Shown piece by piece: positions 1 to 10,816 of a DNA stretch of 64,000 nt; within the stretch, counting starts at the first letter, position 1, and each line of letters starts with the position of its first letter. A program made the position numbers and the translations under genes. Source of the stretch: Nemertoderma westbladi (lineage: Eukaryota > Animalia > Xenacoelomorpha); contig JAUCBJ010001066.1 of NCBI GenBank assembly GCA_032718475.1, positions 7,066 to 71,065 of the forward strand. Reading direction: 5' to 3'. The notes under the pieces were generated by a model. The model did not search any database, was not told the DNA's origin, and worked only from the letters and a program-made list of their open reading frames with translations.

Positions 1-2
1 GT

Positions 3-1286
3 AGCGCTGAGCGGAAGTTCTTCGAGTACGGACATCTCTACGGGGACGGTGACGTAGTCGGTTGCTATGTGGATGCCTCTGGGGATAACATCACTGTCGA
101 GTACACACTCAATGGAGAGGCTTTCCATTGCGGGGTCTGCCACTCGTTTAAGCGATCCGACCTTCCCGGGGATTCCCAAGCGTTGTTCCCAGCGATTATG
201 TTGAAGAATTTCTCCGCGGAGGTTAATTTCGGGAATCTGGATGAGCCGTGGTTCCCTCCGCTAGAGGGCTACACATTCATCGCGAAGCTGCCGCTAGAGG
301 AGCGCGTTCGGGGTGCGCAGTGCCCGGGCTCGAAGAAGGACTGCCGCGTCATAGCGACCATGGGGTTGCCTAGTAGCGGGAAGAGTTGCTGGGCTACGGA
401 GTTCGCCAAGGAGAACCCGGAGTTCGGGGTGATCGGGTTCGGGCAGGCGGTGCAACGGATGGCGATCCTCGGGATCCCGCGACGGAAGAACTGGGCGGGG
501 AAGTGGGACGTCCTCATAGCGGCAGCCAATAACGCCGTCAATCGTATCGTAGACATCGCCGCCCATCGCAATCGCAACCTGATCCTCGATCAGTCAAGTG
601 TAAACGCGGGGATGTGCACTCGGAAACTGCGTCCGTTCGCGGGGTTCCATCGCAAGATCGTGGTTATTATACCCAGCGAGGACTTGTACAAGGAGAGGGT
701 CACCCGGCACCAGGAGTCCGAGGGCCGCTCGGCTGGGGAGAACAGTATCCTGGACGCCAAGGCTAACTTCAGCGCTCCCAAGGTGAACAGAGTCGTGAAG
801 GAGGTTGAATACATCGGAGCGGATAATCCAGAGGAAGCGGAGGCCAGGATAGGGGAGTTCAATAAGCAGGCCAAGGAGAAGGGGTTCGAGAGGCACAGGG
901 ATGTTAGGAAATGGGGGCGTGGGGGGAATAGAGGGGGCAGACAATGGGGGGGAGGGGAGAAGGGGGGCAACCGAGGTGGCGGGGGGAAAAGTGGCGGAGG
1001 GCCAAAGTGGGGGGCATGGCCGCAGATCGGTGGGGGGCGCAATTACGGAGGAGGTGGATGGGGAAGTGGGGGGCAGTATGGGTATCCGCCCCCACCACCA
1101 CCACCCCCTCACGGGGGTTACTACCAGGGGGGATACGCCGGGGGTTATAGCAGCTATTATGGGTCCTACCCGCAGGGGGGCTATTATCAACAGGCGCAGC
1201 AGCATGGAGGGGGGCATAACTACGGGTATGGGGGGCGCAGTGGAGGGGGGCATCAGTACGGCAGCCAGTATTACCAACAACGATAG
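3..1286 (+). CDS. HNRNPUL1: hnRNP U / hnRNP U-like 1 (SAF-A family), 5'-partial: end of SPRY domain, P-loop (AAA_33-like) domain, RGG/Gly-Tyr-rich C-terminal tail
   Basis: Frame open from position 3 (FFEYGHLYGDGDVVGCYVD...ALFPAIMLKNFSAEVNFG..EPWFPP = SPRY end); Walker A GLPSSGKS; RNRNLILDQ; RKLRPFAGFHRK; KANF; RGG and YGGY-rich tail; stop TAG at 1284-1286. U versus UL1 paralogue cannot be resolved. Confidence 0.88.
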   Translation, partial: SAERKFFEYGHLYGDGDVVGCYVDASGDNITVEYTLNGEAFHCGVCHSFKRSDLPGDSQALFPAIMLKNFSAEVNFGNLDEPWFPPLEGYTFIAKLPLEERVRGAQCPGSKKDCRVIATMGLPSSGKSCWATEFAKENPEFGVIGFGQAVQRMAILGIPRRKNWAGKWDVLIAAANNAVNRIVDIAAHRNRNLILDQSSVNAGMCTRKLRPFAGFHRKIVVIIPSEDLYKERVTRHQESEGRSAGENSILDAKANFSAPKVNRVVKEVEYIGADNPEEAEARIGEFNKQAKEKGFERHRDVRKWGRGGNRGGRQWGGGEKGGNRGGGGKSGGGPKWGAWPQIGGGRNYGGGGWGSGGQYGYPPPPPPPPHGGYYQGGYAGGYSSYYGSYPQGGYYQQAQQHGGGHNYGYGGRSGGGHQYGSQYYQQR

Positions 1287-2088
1287 CTGCACCACCCCAA
1301 CAGATCAATGGATACTGTTAGTAGGTCGGTTAACTTGACTATTTTAATACTTTAAATGTACTTTTTTTTGAACTGGTAAACGGATGACTGATCACTGAAG
1401 GATCAGTTGCAGCCCCTACAGAACTCCTACGTAATTCCTTTGGAATACCTAGCCTATTATGTCCGCTGCTAATAGTCTTAAAGCGATTATTCCGATACTT
1501 GATACGTTTCGTACAGACATTGACTCGCAATTGGGGCCACTTCTTTTTTTTTAGAACATCATCAGAAGCTTGCTCATCTCAGTATCACATTTTTGTTTAT
1601 GTTTTTGATGTTTTCTAACGACGGATTTTGACTTTTCTGTTCGAATGCAGCACATCGATGTATTGTTATTATTTTTCAAACTTATTTTTACTTACATTAA
1701 GGTACATAAGTTATCTTTTACTCCAGTCGAAATAGAGTTTTGTCTAATTAGTGACTTTTTTTAATTTCAGTTTCTTGACCTTTCAAAATTTCTATAAATT
1801 TCTGTTATGACGAACTACTTATATCAAATATATCATATAAAACTACTCGTGAAAATTGACTACGATCATCGTAGTTTGTAAATATATAAACGATATAAAT
1901 AAATGACTTGGCCTATTAAGAATTTGGTATATAAATTTTAGACAATTTCTCACCTGGCCTTTTATGCGATGGTAATGTTATTTGCAACATGGCAATGTTA
2001 GTTTAGTTTCTTTCAGTAATTATCCTTTTACCGATATATTTTTTGTCTCATTTTTCACTTCCTTTTGTATAAATTCCTTGAACGAAAA

Positions 2089-2161
2089 ACATGAAACAGT
2101 TAGACACAGAAATACATGAAACAGTTAGACACAGAAATACATGAAACAGTTAGGCACAGAA
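2089..2161. repeat. 25-bp tandem repeat, about 3 copies
   Basis: ACATGAAACAGTTAGACACAGAAAT at 2089, 2114, 2139. Confidence 0.85.
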
Positions 2162-3276
2162 CTTCAGTCTTAATTTATTGAGTATCCATGAAGTCAAGTC
2201 ATTATGTGAATCCCAGACACTAACTAATACTTGAGTTTGACCAACTTTGTTACTAAGTTATCCGTGATTGCTTTGATTTCAATTTAATTTCTTTGTTTTT
2301 AGTGTTTCTGATATAGTTGTTTTCCGATTCCAGTGCTTATTTATATGTTGCTGGTATGGTAACAATCTTGATGTTATATTATGTACTTTGCCTGATTGGG
2401 GGCCATTCCAACATTAATATTATTATTTGTTGTCCGTTTTTCCATGTACATTTTACACATATTTCCAGGAATCAAGGAGCACAATACACTTGTACACTTT
2501 AATTGTATTTTTCACATGGAAGAGGTTGCATTGCACTAAATATTATTTACATTGTAACCAAGATTAGTCAATGTCTGGGACGTGATGACTGGCTGAATAT
2601 GAAATTATTTCACTTTTTTATGCATTTAACATTAGTTTCAATTGGGTTCAATGGTGATAGGCTGGCCTATAAGAGTTTAATGTGTCAAATATTTTTTAAA
2701 TATTGTTTTTTTAACAGTTAACGATTATTCTAACTTATAGGACCGAAACTTATATTAACGGAGTGTACCTAATAATACCTTTTGAATAAAATCAAATTTT
2801 AAACTTACAGCTGTTAATCAACCTCTCAGTTTTTATTCAACAAATATATTTAAGCGACAGAAACATTCAGCTTGTCAACATTACATGTAGCGGAGAAAGT
2901 CTAAGCAGCATTAATCATTACATTACTAATAATATGCGATATATCCACAAACATTAGTTTTTCAGTTCTGGTTATAATAAAAATGTTAAATATTAGCTCG
3001 ATAATTTGCGTATTTTTTCAAGTTATGCCTGGTACAATTTGATTTAATATTATTAGAGTATTATTGTAAAAATAATTATTGATAAGCTCATTGATAGAGA
3101 TGAATATTATATATTTATGCACGCATACCGGTTTACAATTTATGATTTTGTGCCCTTTTGCAAATTATATCTTGACATCGGATTATATACAATCATTGTC
3201 TTTGTCATTTTATAATTGATTAAAATCTACCTGCGTACAGGTTGTTTGTGGTGCGGATAGCATTGACCCCACAAAG

Positions 3277-3405
3277 CGCCCCAGCGACTGCGCCCCAACG
3301 ACCGCGCCCCAACGACCGCACCCCAACGACCGCACCCCAACGACCGCGCCCCAACGACCGCGCCCCAACGACCGCGCCCCAACGACCGCGCCCCAACGAC
3401 CGCGC
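3277..3405. repeat. 14-bp GC-rich minisatellite, about 9 copies
   Basis: (ACCGCGCCCCAACG)n; explains the spurious repetitive ORFs 3210..3468. Confidence 0.9.
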
Positions 3406-5089
3406 ACTCTTCTCTACATGAGAGATGATTCGGTCGAAAGTGACATAATTTTTGACAATATTTGGCACAACCTTGATATATTTGAGCGTCTTTTTTTCCT
3501 ATTCTTATTAGTTTTCTTCTTCTAGTTGAGATGATATGTGTCGCAATTTATATTTTATTGACATCAGGCATAACTTTTTGTATTTACATTTCAAGTGGAT
3601 TGAGTCTTGTTTTGAGCATATATTTGTATTATTCATAATTCAATTCATGCTAGAAATAATTTTGGTACACTAAGTTAATATGTTTCGGTATTTCGATATT
3701 TTTGATGGTTTAATTTCTATGACTGAATGTACTGTAAATAAATAAAAATATGTATTATTGTTAAATCATTGAAATCAATAATTTCTAAAATGTAATTCCG
3801 CCAGATTTCATACGCGACCCTTATATATGAAAATAGCCATGATGTATGAAAGTAGCGAATGTATTAATTTTTAGAAATTGCTATTGGTTTCTTGATGAAA
3901 CTGAAAGTAATATATATTTTTGTAACAAACTTTATTTCGATTGGAGCCAAAACTTTAGTTAGAATAGCGGTGGGCAACAATTTCCTTTATGCTTAGTTTC
4001 AGGCCTTTGGAACGTTGCCAGATGATATAGGACCAACTCGCTGATTGCTACCTGTGACGTCACCATCGACGATATCTACCAATGCCTGGGCCAACCTTAG
4101 CAACAGATGATGTGTACAGAAGGGCCACAGGGCGTGGTCGCGATTCCTAACAAACTATGGACTAAAATTAGTTTTTGGAAATTTTGTTTCAGACAGCCGT
4201 TTTTTCGTTTGTTCGATTTGATTTTGATTTCTCATTCCGTATTATAATTTATTGTCAACTATTTTCGGTATCACCGTGTTGCGATGAGGTTATTTTGGTT
4301 TTGTATCGATATTAAGTTCAGCGGTTGTTTCTGTAATATTTAGCTGTACAATAAATAATAAATACCATGACTACTATTATATCAAAATAATTTCATTTAT
4401 GTTAACATATATTTAAAATACCGACGGGGTGTATTCCTAACAGGGAGGGACTGGCAGAGAATCGAATCTAACTTGTTTATTGAATCTAAATATTTTTTTA
4501 ACATCAATTTTAATCATAAAATGACCATGTTGAATCTGTACTCAAAATAATGATTTTTAGAGTGCAAACAATTTTGTACCATCTATCATTCCTTCCATCT
4601 ATTCCTTCCATTCATTCTATTATTCCGGCTAGATTCGATGCCATGGGGGTGGGGCGAGCCATGAAGTCTGTGAACCTTAGCGGGCAAAATAATTGTCCAT
4701 CCATAGAGAAGATCTGACCCCGATATAGGGATATAACTATAATATATATAGGATATAACTTTAATAACTATATAGATTTTACTGGCCAGTATTGGTTGGC
4801 AGAAGGAGATACGCAATGCGTATCCCATTGCGCATCATAATAGCCTCTCGTCAACAAGTCAACCCCACCGACTAGCGGCACTGGCTGTTTCAGCTGACGG
4901 GGCTCTGTCGAAAAACGCGTCCCTGATGTAGTAAGGGCCCTCTTTTGAGGAACAATATTATTATTACCGCGGAACTGCTTCTAGTCTAGGCCAGACCTAG
5001 CCAGAAGTAGAATCCTCCCAACCATCAACACGAACAGATGAATCTGACACTTTCCCCAACCCCCCGCCCCAATGACGCAGAGGCAGACA

Positions 5090-6630
5090 ACTTTGTTCAA
5101 TTACCTTTTATATTTCAACTACATAATTATATATGTAAACCGATAAACTGATCACGATGGAATGTTACTATTGAGTATTTATTGTGGTAGATGTGTTATA
5201 TAATAAAGTTTTGGCAGTCAGGAAGCATCGGGTACTTTTATAAAGATCTAGAACACGTCTGTGCTAATTGGCCAGTTAAACAGACCAACAGAAATCAACT
5301 AGGGGCAATATTACACTGTCTACCACACTGTGCAGCTGTCTACCACTACCACATTGTCTCTTCTTAATTAATAAAGATGCCGCCCGTGTCCAGTCATTTT
5401 CAAACAGGTGTGCTTTCGGACTCACCTATAATGCAAACTAAGGTGATCAGGACGAAACTTGTCGAACCTCTATAAAGAGCATCCTACACCATCACTCTAC
5501 ACCATCATCCTACACCATCACTCTACACCCCAAACGTCTCCGTCTCGCCTAACACTATAGGCATAATCTAATAAGTTATGGACTACAACACTGAAGGAAA
5601 TAGATGGTACTGTATATTAGTCATTAAATCCTAGTGGGGTGGGGTTCATTGGAACATAGTTCGCATCCTATTGGAACAAAGTTCGCAACTATTGGAACAA
5701 AGTACGCAACTATTGGAACAAAGTACGCAACTATTGGAACAAAGTTCGCAACTATTGGAACAAAGTTCGCAACTATTGGAACAAAGTTCGCAACTATTGG
5801 AACAAAGTTCGCAACTATTGGAACAAAGTTCGCAACCCATTGGAACAAAGTTCGCAACTATTGGAACAAAGTTCGCAACCCATTGGAACAAAGTTCGCAA
5901 CTATTGGAACATAGTTCGAATCCTATTGGAACAAAGTTCGCAACTATTGGAACAAAGTACGCAACCCATTGGAACAAAGTTCGCAACTATTGGAACAAAG
6001 TTCGCAACCCATTGGAACAAAGTTCGCAACTATTGGAACATAGTTCGAATCCTATTGGAACAAAGTTCGCAACTATTGGAACAAAGTACGCAACCCATTG
6101 GAACAAAGTTCGCAACTATTGGAAGAAAGTTCGCATCCTATTGGAACAAAGTTCGCAACTATTGGAACAAAGTTCGCAACTATTGGAACAAAGTACGCAA
6201 CCCATTGGAACAAAGTTCGCAACTATTGGAACAAAGTTCGCAACCCATTGGAACAAAGTTCGCAACTATTGGAACATAGTTCGAATCCTATTGGAACAAA
6301 GTTCGCAACTATTGGAACAAAGTACGCAACCCATTGGAACAAAGTTCGCAACTATTGGAAGAAAGTTCGCATCCTATTGGAACAAAGTTCGCAACTATTG
6401 GAACAAAGTACGCAACCCATTGGAACAAAGTTCGCAACTATTGGAACAAAGTTCGCAACTATTGGAACAAAGTACGCAACTATTGGAACAAAGTTCGCAA
6501 CTATTGGAACAAAGTACGCAACTATTGGAACAAAGTTCGTAACTATTGGAACAAAGTTCGCAACTATTGGAACAAAGTTCGCAACTATTGGAAGAAAGTT
6601 CGCAAAAGTAGGTTTTGGAACAAAGAACCA
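5090..6630 (+). mobile_element. Dispersed non-coding repeat element: about 550-bp body followed by a 21-bp minisatellite array
   Basis: Body shares blocks (ACACGTCTGTGCTAATTGGC, GGGGCAATATTACACTG, ATAAGTTATGGACTACAACACTGAAG, ATTAGTCATTAAA..GGGGTGGGGTTCATTGGAA) with 59640-60104 and 60495-60810. Confidence 0.7.
5648..6624. repeat. 21/22-bp minisatellite array, about 46 units
   Basis: (ATTGGAACAAAGTTCGCAACT)n with CCC, TAC and GAAG variants. Confidence 0.95.
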
Positions 6631-6936
6631 CACACGCTTACAAACCCCATGCATTGTCAGCACTTTAATAAATGAGTAAATTGGGATTGAGCTGTAGCTG
6701 TGAATGCAAATGTAATTAGAGGCAATATTGTCCTCGGCACTTGTTTGTTAATGTACAAAGTAGAAGCGTAAATTTATTTATCGAAGAACAGTGACAGTCA
6801 ACATATATTCTCGTCAAATATTAATTAAACCATTTCCATTAATTACGGTATTAAACTCTGCATAATACGATTCATATATCAATGGGAATACGATGTTTAG
6901 AATTCATAACTATTTACATCATTGTGTGCAAAGTAG

Positions 6937-7034
6937 CACTTTGCAGCGTTATGACCCGAGTTTATTTATGTACCGAGCGAGCGCAGCGTGGGAGGTTTAC
7001 ATAAATAAACAAGGGTCTTTAACGCTGAAAAGTG
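6937..7034. repeat. Imperfect inverted repeat (long hairpin), probably the end of a non-autonomous transposon
   Basis: Arms CACTTTGCAGCGTTA.GACCC..TTTATTTATGTA / TACATAAATAAAC..GGGTC.TTAACGCTGAAAAGTG around CGAGCGAGCGCAGCG; ACTTTGCAGCGTT recurs at about 7515 and 7560; similar structure at about 15230-15330. Confidence 0.55.
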
Positions 7035-9092
7035 ACCTTTGCAACCAATGATGTATGTAATTTTGTTATATTATTTCAACTTATCACCGTTCGGTATGTG
7101 AAGAAAGGATTTTATGGATACTCATTTATACATTTTAATCTGTACATATCGAATATAAGTGAAATGGTACACAGTATTAATTATACATTTAAATCTAATT
7201 AAAGTTTATTGGAAGTTATCTCATGCATGGATGTGATAAATCATTAATCCATCTTGACTATAGTCGACTGAAGCAAACTTAGTCACCGTCTGTGTCCGTT
7301 CAGTTTTACTGAACACTGTCGCCATTTTGTTTGCTCATTTTAGTGTCTTCTATTGGACGTTTCGCCATAATGGATTACAGTACACGTTAAACAATTATTT
7401 ACATACAGTAGCTAGTCCCGTCACTGCAAACTGGATAATAAAGCAGCAATCATTAACATAAATGGAAATAATACATTCTGGAATACGGTAATTGAAATTG
7501 CTTCGTCATTGATTACTTTGCAGCGTTCCGTCCTATAGGCCGCAACACTGCAAATTAGTACTTTGCAGCGTTACGAGTAATTCACCAGAACGCTGTTAAG
7601 TTGACATAATGTAACAAAATGTATATATATATATGTTCTCAATGGGTCCATTCTTCATTCAATGGGCACCGATTGTTGCATTGTTTGGCGCGATTCCTGA
7701 TTTTGATCAAATCATTCGCTTCTAACAACATCATCCCTGTTGCTCAGAAGTGTCAACAATGTAAATACAAAATCAATCTTAATAATAATTATTATACCTA
7801 TGTTCAAGGTAAATAATAAAAATAGAAATAGAATATCAATAAAAATTTAAGAATAATATGATCAAGTAAATAATAATTTATTAGAAAAGACCCTCTTTAT
7901 TATTATTACAATTATTTATATTTCCTGCTAAATGTACACTCCAATTCGTGTTTCAGTCTGCACGGCACGACCATTGAGCATTGCCCACACACATCCCCCA
8001 TAGTACTTTATTTATATTGTATCTTTTCCACTGAATAAGTGCCGACATCGCCTGGGGTTTAAATTTGGTATATTCCCAAAACCCATACGGTTTCAGCACT
8101 GGTACCTTATCGCAACTGCTGATCTCTGATTGGTTCTTAATTCAGGTTGAATTACATTGCCAGTGCTGAGACAGTATGGGGTTCGTAAATATGCTTCCAG
8201 GACATGGTTTAATACTGAAACAGATGTGGTACCGTACTGATATGGCATTTGACGGTGCCCATGCCCATTCAGCAGATAGCTAAAACCCGCCCTTTATGTT
8301 CACTTTAGTTCATGGGGCGAGTGACGTAGTGAGCGAGCGAAGCAGGGGTACTGTCGTTTCAACCGTGGTCGTGGTCTGTCTGTCGGCTAATGTGGGTAGG
8401 CGAATAACTCAGTTAATATTTGGTAAATTTTGTACACATGTCGACAGCTTTATTTTCAAAATGACACACACACCAAATTTTTAAAATTCGATTTTTGGAC
8501 TAATAGAAATCTACAGGCGCCATTGTGATGTTGTCAAGCCCGGCGGTTTTCTCATCTTCAATAGTTTTCAAGTTCAATGAGAAAAATTATATTATCACAG
8601 ACTAATACAGACCGATGCTGTCCGTCAAAAGTATGAAATATAATTTGCGTGGGTGATTCAGCAGTTCTTCAGTCTCCCGATAGAGGGCGGCTAGGCAGCG
8701 GTTGACTATTATTGGTACATGGTACCCGTATGAAAAGCTTGCTTACTTCGGGGTAAATGGTTAATTTCATAAATATCTTAAAGGGTCACATTTAGTTCTA
8801 TAAGTTTGTAATTCTTGCACATTAGAAAGTCGCTAATATTATAAAAAAAGTAGCTTCCTCCACAATAATGTACAAAAAAGTAATCAATGAAAAATAAAGT
8901 GAGGCAGTCATGTACTTAAATGTTGGGACGTTGGGTAGTAGGCTATATATCAAATTATTTAATCTAATTATGGGTCTGTCTGTATTACACGATATAAATT
9001 GCACTAATTTTAAGTTAATTACTGGTATCGAAGTTAGTTCATACTGTATTACACTCGTTCTCGTTGCTGGTAGTTCTGAGAAATGCCGACAG

Positions 9093-9995
9093 TTAAACAA
9101 CCGGTTTTATCCTAAGCGTTTGGAACAGCCGACAAGTTGGTGGTTTACTTAGGTTTGCTGGTTTCTGCGATACAAAGTTCAGTATAGACATGTTATTCTC
9201 GTCGGCAACGGTCGCTAATTGGCTGATGGCCGTTCTAGAACGCTTCCTTTTGGGGCTGCCGATAACGGTATCCTGCCAGACGACGTCCCAACACACTTCC
9301 TTAGCGAAATCCTCCACTGTAGACCAACTGAACCGGACGAAGTTTGGGAAACCGAAACAAACTTGGTAGACCCTTCTGAGCCAGGCCTTGGTCTGTGGAT
9401 CACTGGGGTAGCCGGAACCCCACTGGGACGGGATGTCTCCACCCTCGGGAAACCTCCAGGTCTCAACTATTATATCGCGGCTTACCTTCGCGCAGATACT
9501 AGCGGCACTGACCACTGGGAACAGCGCGTCTGCCTTGGAGCGAACGGTCACCCCAAAGGAGGGGAATATACGTTGGAGTTTCTCCTGGTATTTGTCTGCC
9601 GGGCCGACAGTGTCCAAGTACACGTGGGTTAGTCTCACACCGGCGTCGACGAGATGTTCAATGAGACCGATTGCGGTGTCATGCGACAGAGAGTTGAGGT
9701 TATATTTGTTTAAGCCGAGCATCCCTTTGGATATGAGATTGGGATGGAGTATATGGACCCCCCAACCAACTGTATCGCCTTCTATAATGTTATCTTTGAG
9801 TAGGGTGCGTCGTTTTGAGTCTGTTAGGGTTTTACTGTCGGCAAATCCGGTGGATTTAAGTTCGAAGTCGGCGGCTCTACACCAGGCTATTCCGTAGACC
9901 ATGGGTCCCAGTACCGGTCCCCGGCCAGCCTCGTCGATACCAGCCACAACATCTTCGGTTGTCGCCCACTCCTGGATCGATCCGAACAGTCTCAT
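9093..9995 (-). CDS. RNASEH2A: Ribonuclease H2 subunit A (catalytic), intronless, about 300 aa
   Basis: GIDEAGRGPVLGPMVY, GFADSKTL, NLNSLSHDTAIGLI, YLDTVG, KADALFPVVSAASICAKVSRD, GSGYPSDPQTKAWL, FGFPNFVRFSWST; first ATG at 9995. Confidence 0.96.
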   Translation of the reverse strand: MRLFGSIQEWATTEDVVAGIDEAGRGPVLGPMVYGIAWCRAADFELKSTGFADSKTLTDSKRRTLLKDNIIEGDTVGWGVHILHPNLISKGMLGLNKYNLNSLSHDTAIGLIEHLVDAGVRLTHVYLDTVGPADKYQEKLQRIFPSFGVTVRSKADALFPVVSAASICAKVSRDIIVETWRFPEGGDIPSQWGSGYPSDPQTKAWLRRVYQVCFGFPNFVRFSWSTVEDFAKEVCWDVVWQDTVIGSPKRKRSRTAISQLATVADENNMSILNFVSQKPANLSKPPTCRLFQTLRIKPVV

Positions 9996-10816
9996 TTCAG
10001 CATTTAACACGCTGCAATCTGTGCAGTGCACTGTCAGACTGTACGTGTACAGCCGGTAGATTAATGTTATGCTAAATGGTATTCTACGGGTAAATATAAT
10101 TAGGTAGGTGCATTGGTACAGTCGTATATAGTTATATATTATTCCAACCTAAACAATAAACTGATAAACGAGAGTTAACAGCACTGGCACATATGGCACT
10201 ATGGCAGTTTAATTCTTGAAGTACACACGTGGTAATTAACTGTAGAATAATGCAGATAGGGGGGGGGGGGGGGGGGGGGGGAACTGGACGCAATAAAAAT
10301 GCATCCCTCTCCAGGGGAAATTAGACGCAAATAACAGCTGATTATTCTCAAAAATAAAACTGTAACCTGTTCTATTGTGCTTAGTTTATTGTTTTGGTTA
10401 AAATAACGTGCCACTGTAACCTGCTCCTTTCCCTAAATTGAGAATTTAACATTGATGCGGGGTATTTATTCGCCAAGGCGGCTTTTGCGTTGGGACACTG
10501 TCTCGAATGACGATAAAAAGACCGCTGAAATATAAACTATAAAATAAAAAAAAACATTTATTTTGAAATAAACCATAGTTTTATTCTAGTAAAACTTCGA
10601 ACTTGAAGTTCAAATCAAATTCATAATTGCATCAATAACGGCAGTAGGCCTAGGAGAACCCTACAGCAGTGCACTGTTGCTGTAGCAAGCACACTGGAAC
10701 ATTGAAATAAATAATGTTTGCCTATTATATACAAATTGATAAAATATTTTCTCCACAAAATACATATGTTTTTTTATCAACCATTAAATAAAATACGATT
10801 CGAAAAAAATTCGAAT

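Noticed and set aside
269-1338. Antisense and alternative-frame ORFs over the hnRNP U-like gene
   Set aside because: Shadow ORFs of GC-rich coding sequence.
5624-6679. Long repetitive ORFs (IGTKFAT / LEQSSQL / WNKVRNY), also at 60075-61115
   Set aside because: All frames are open only because the 21-bp unit lacks stops; the same array recurs in dispersed non-coding elements.
9996-10031. N-terminal extension of RNASEH2A in the ORF track
   Set aside because: Starts at a non-ATG codon; first ATG is at 9995.
10259-10280. Poly-G/poly-C runs (also about 49242, 52829, 61288) as functional G-quadruplex elements
   Set aside because: Simple homopolymers, probably parts of repeat remnants; length is unreliable in sequencing and nothing else supports function.
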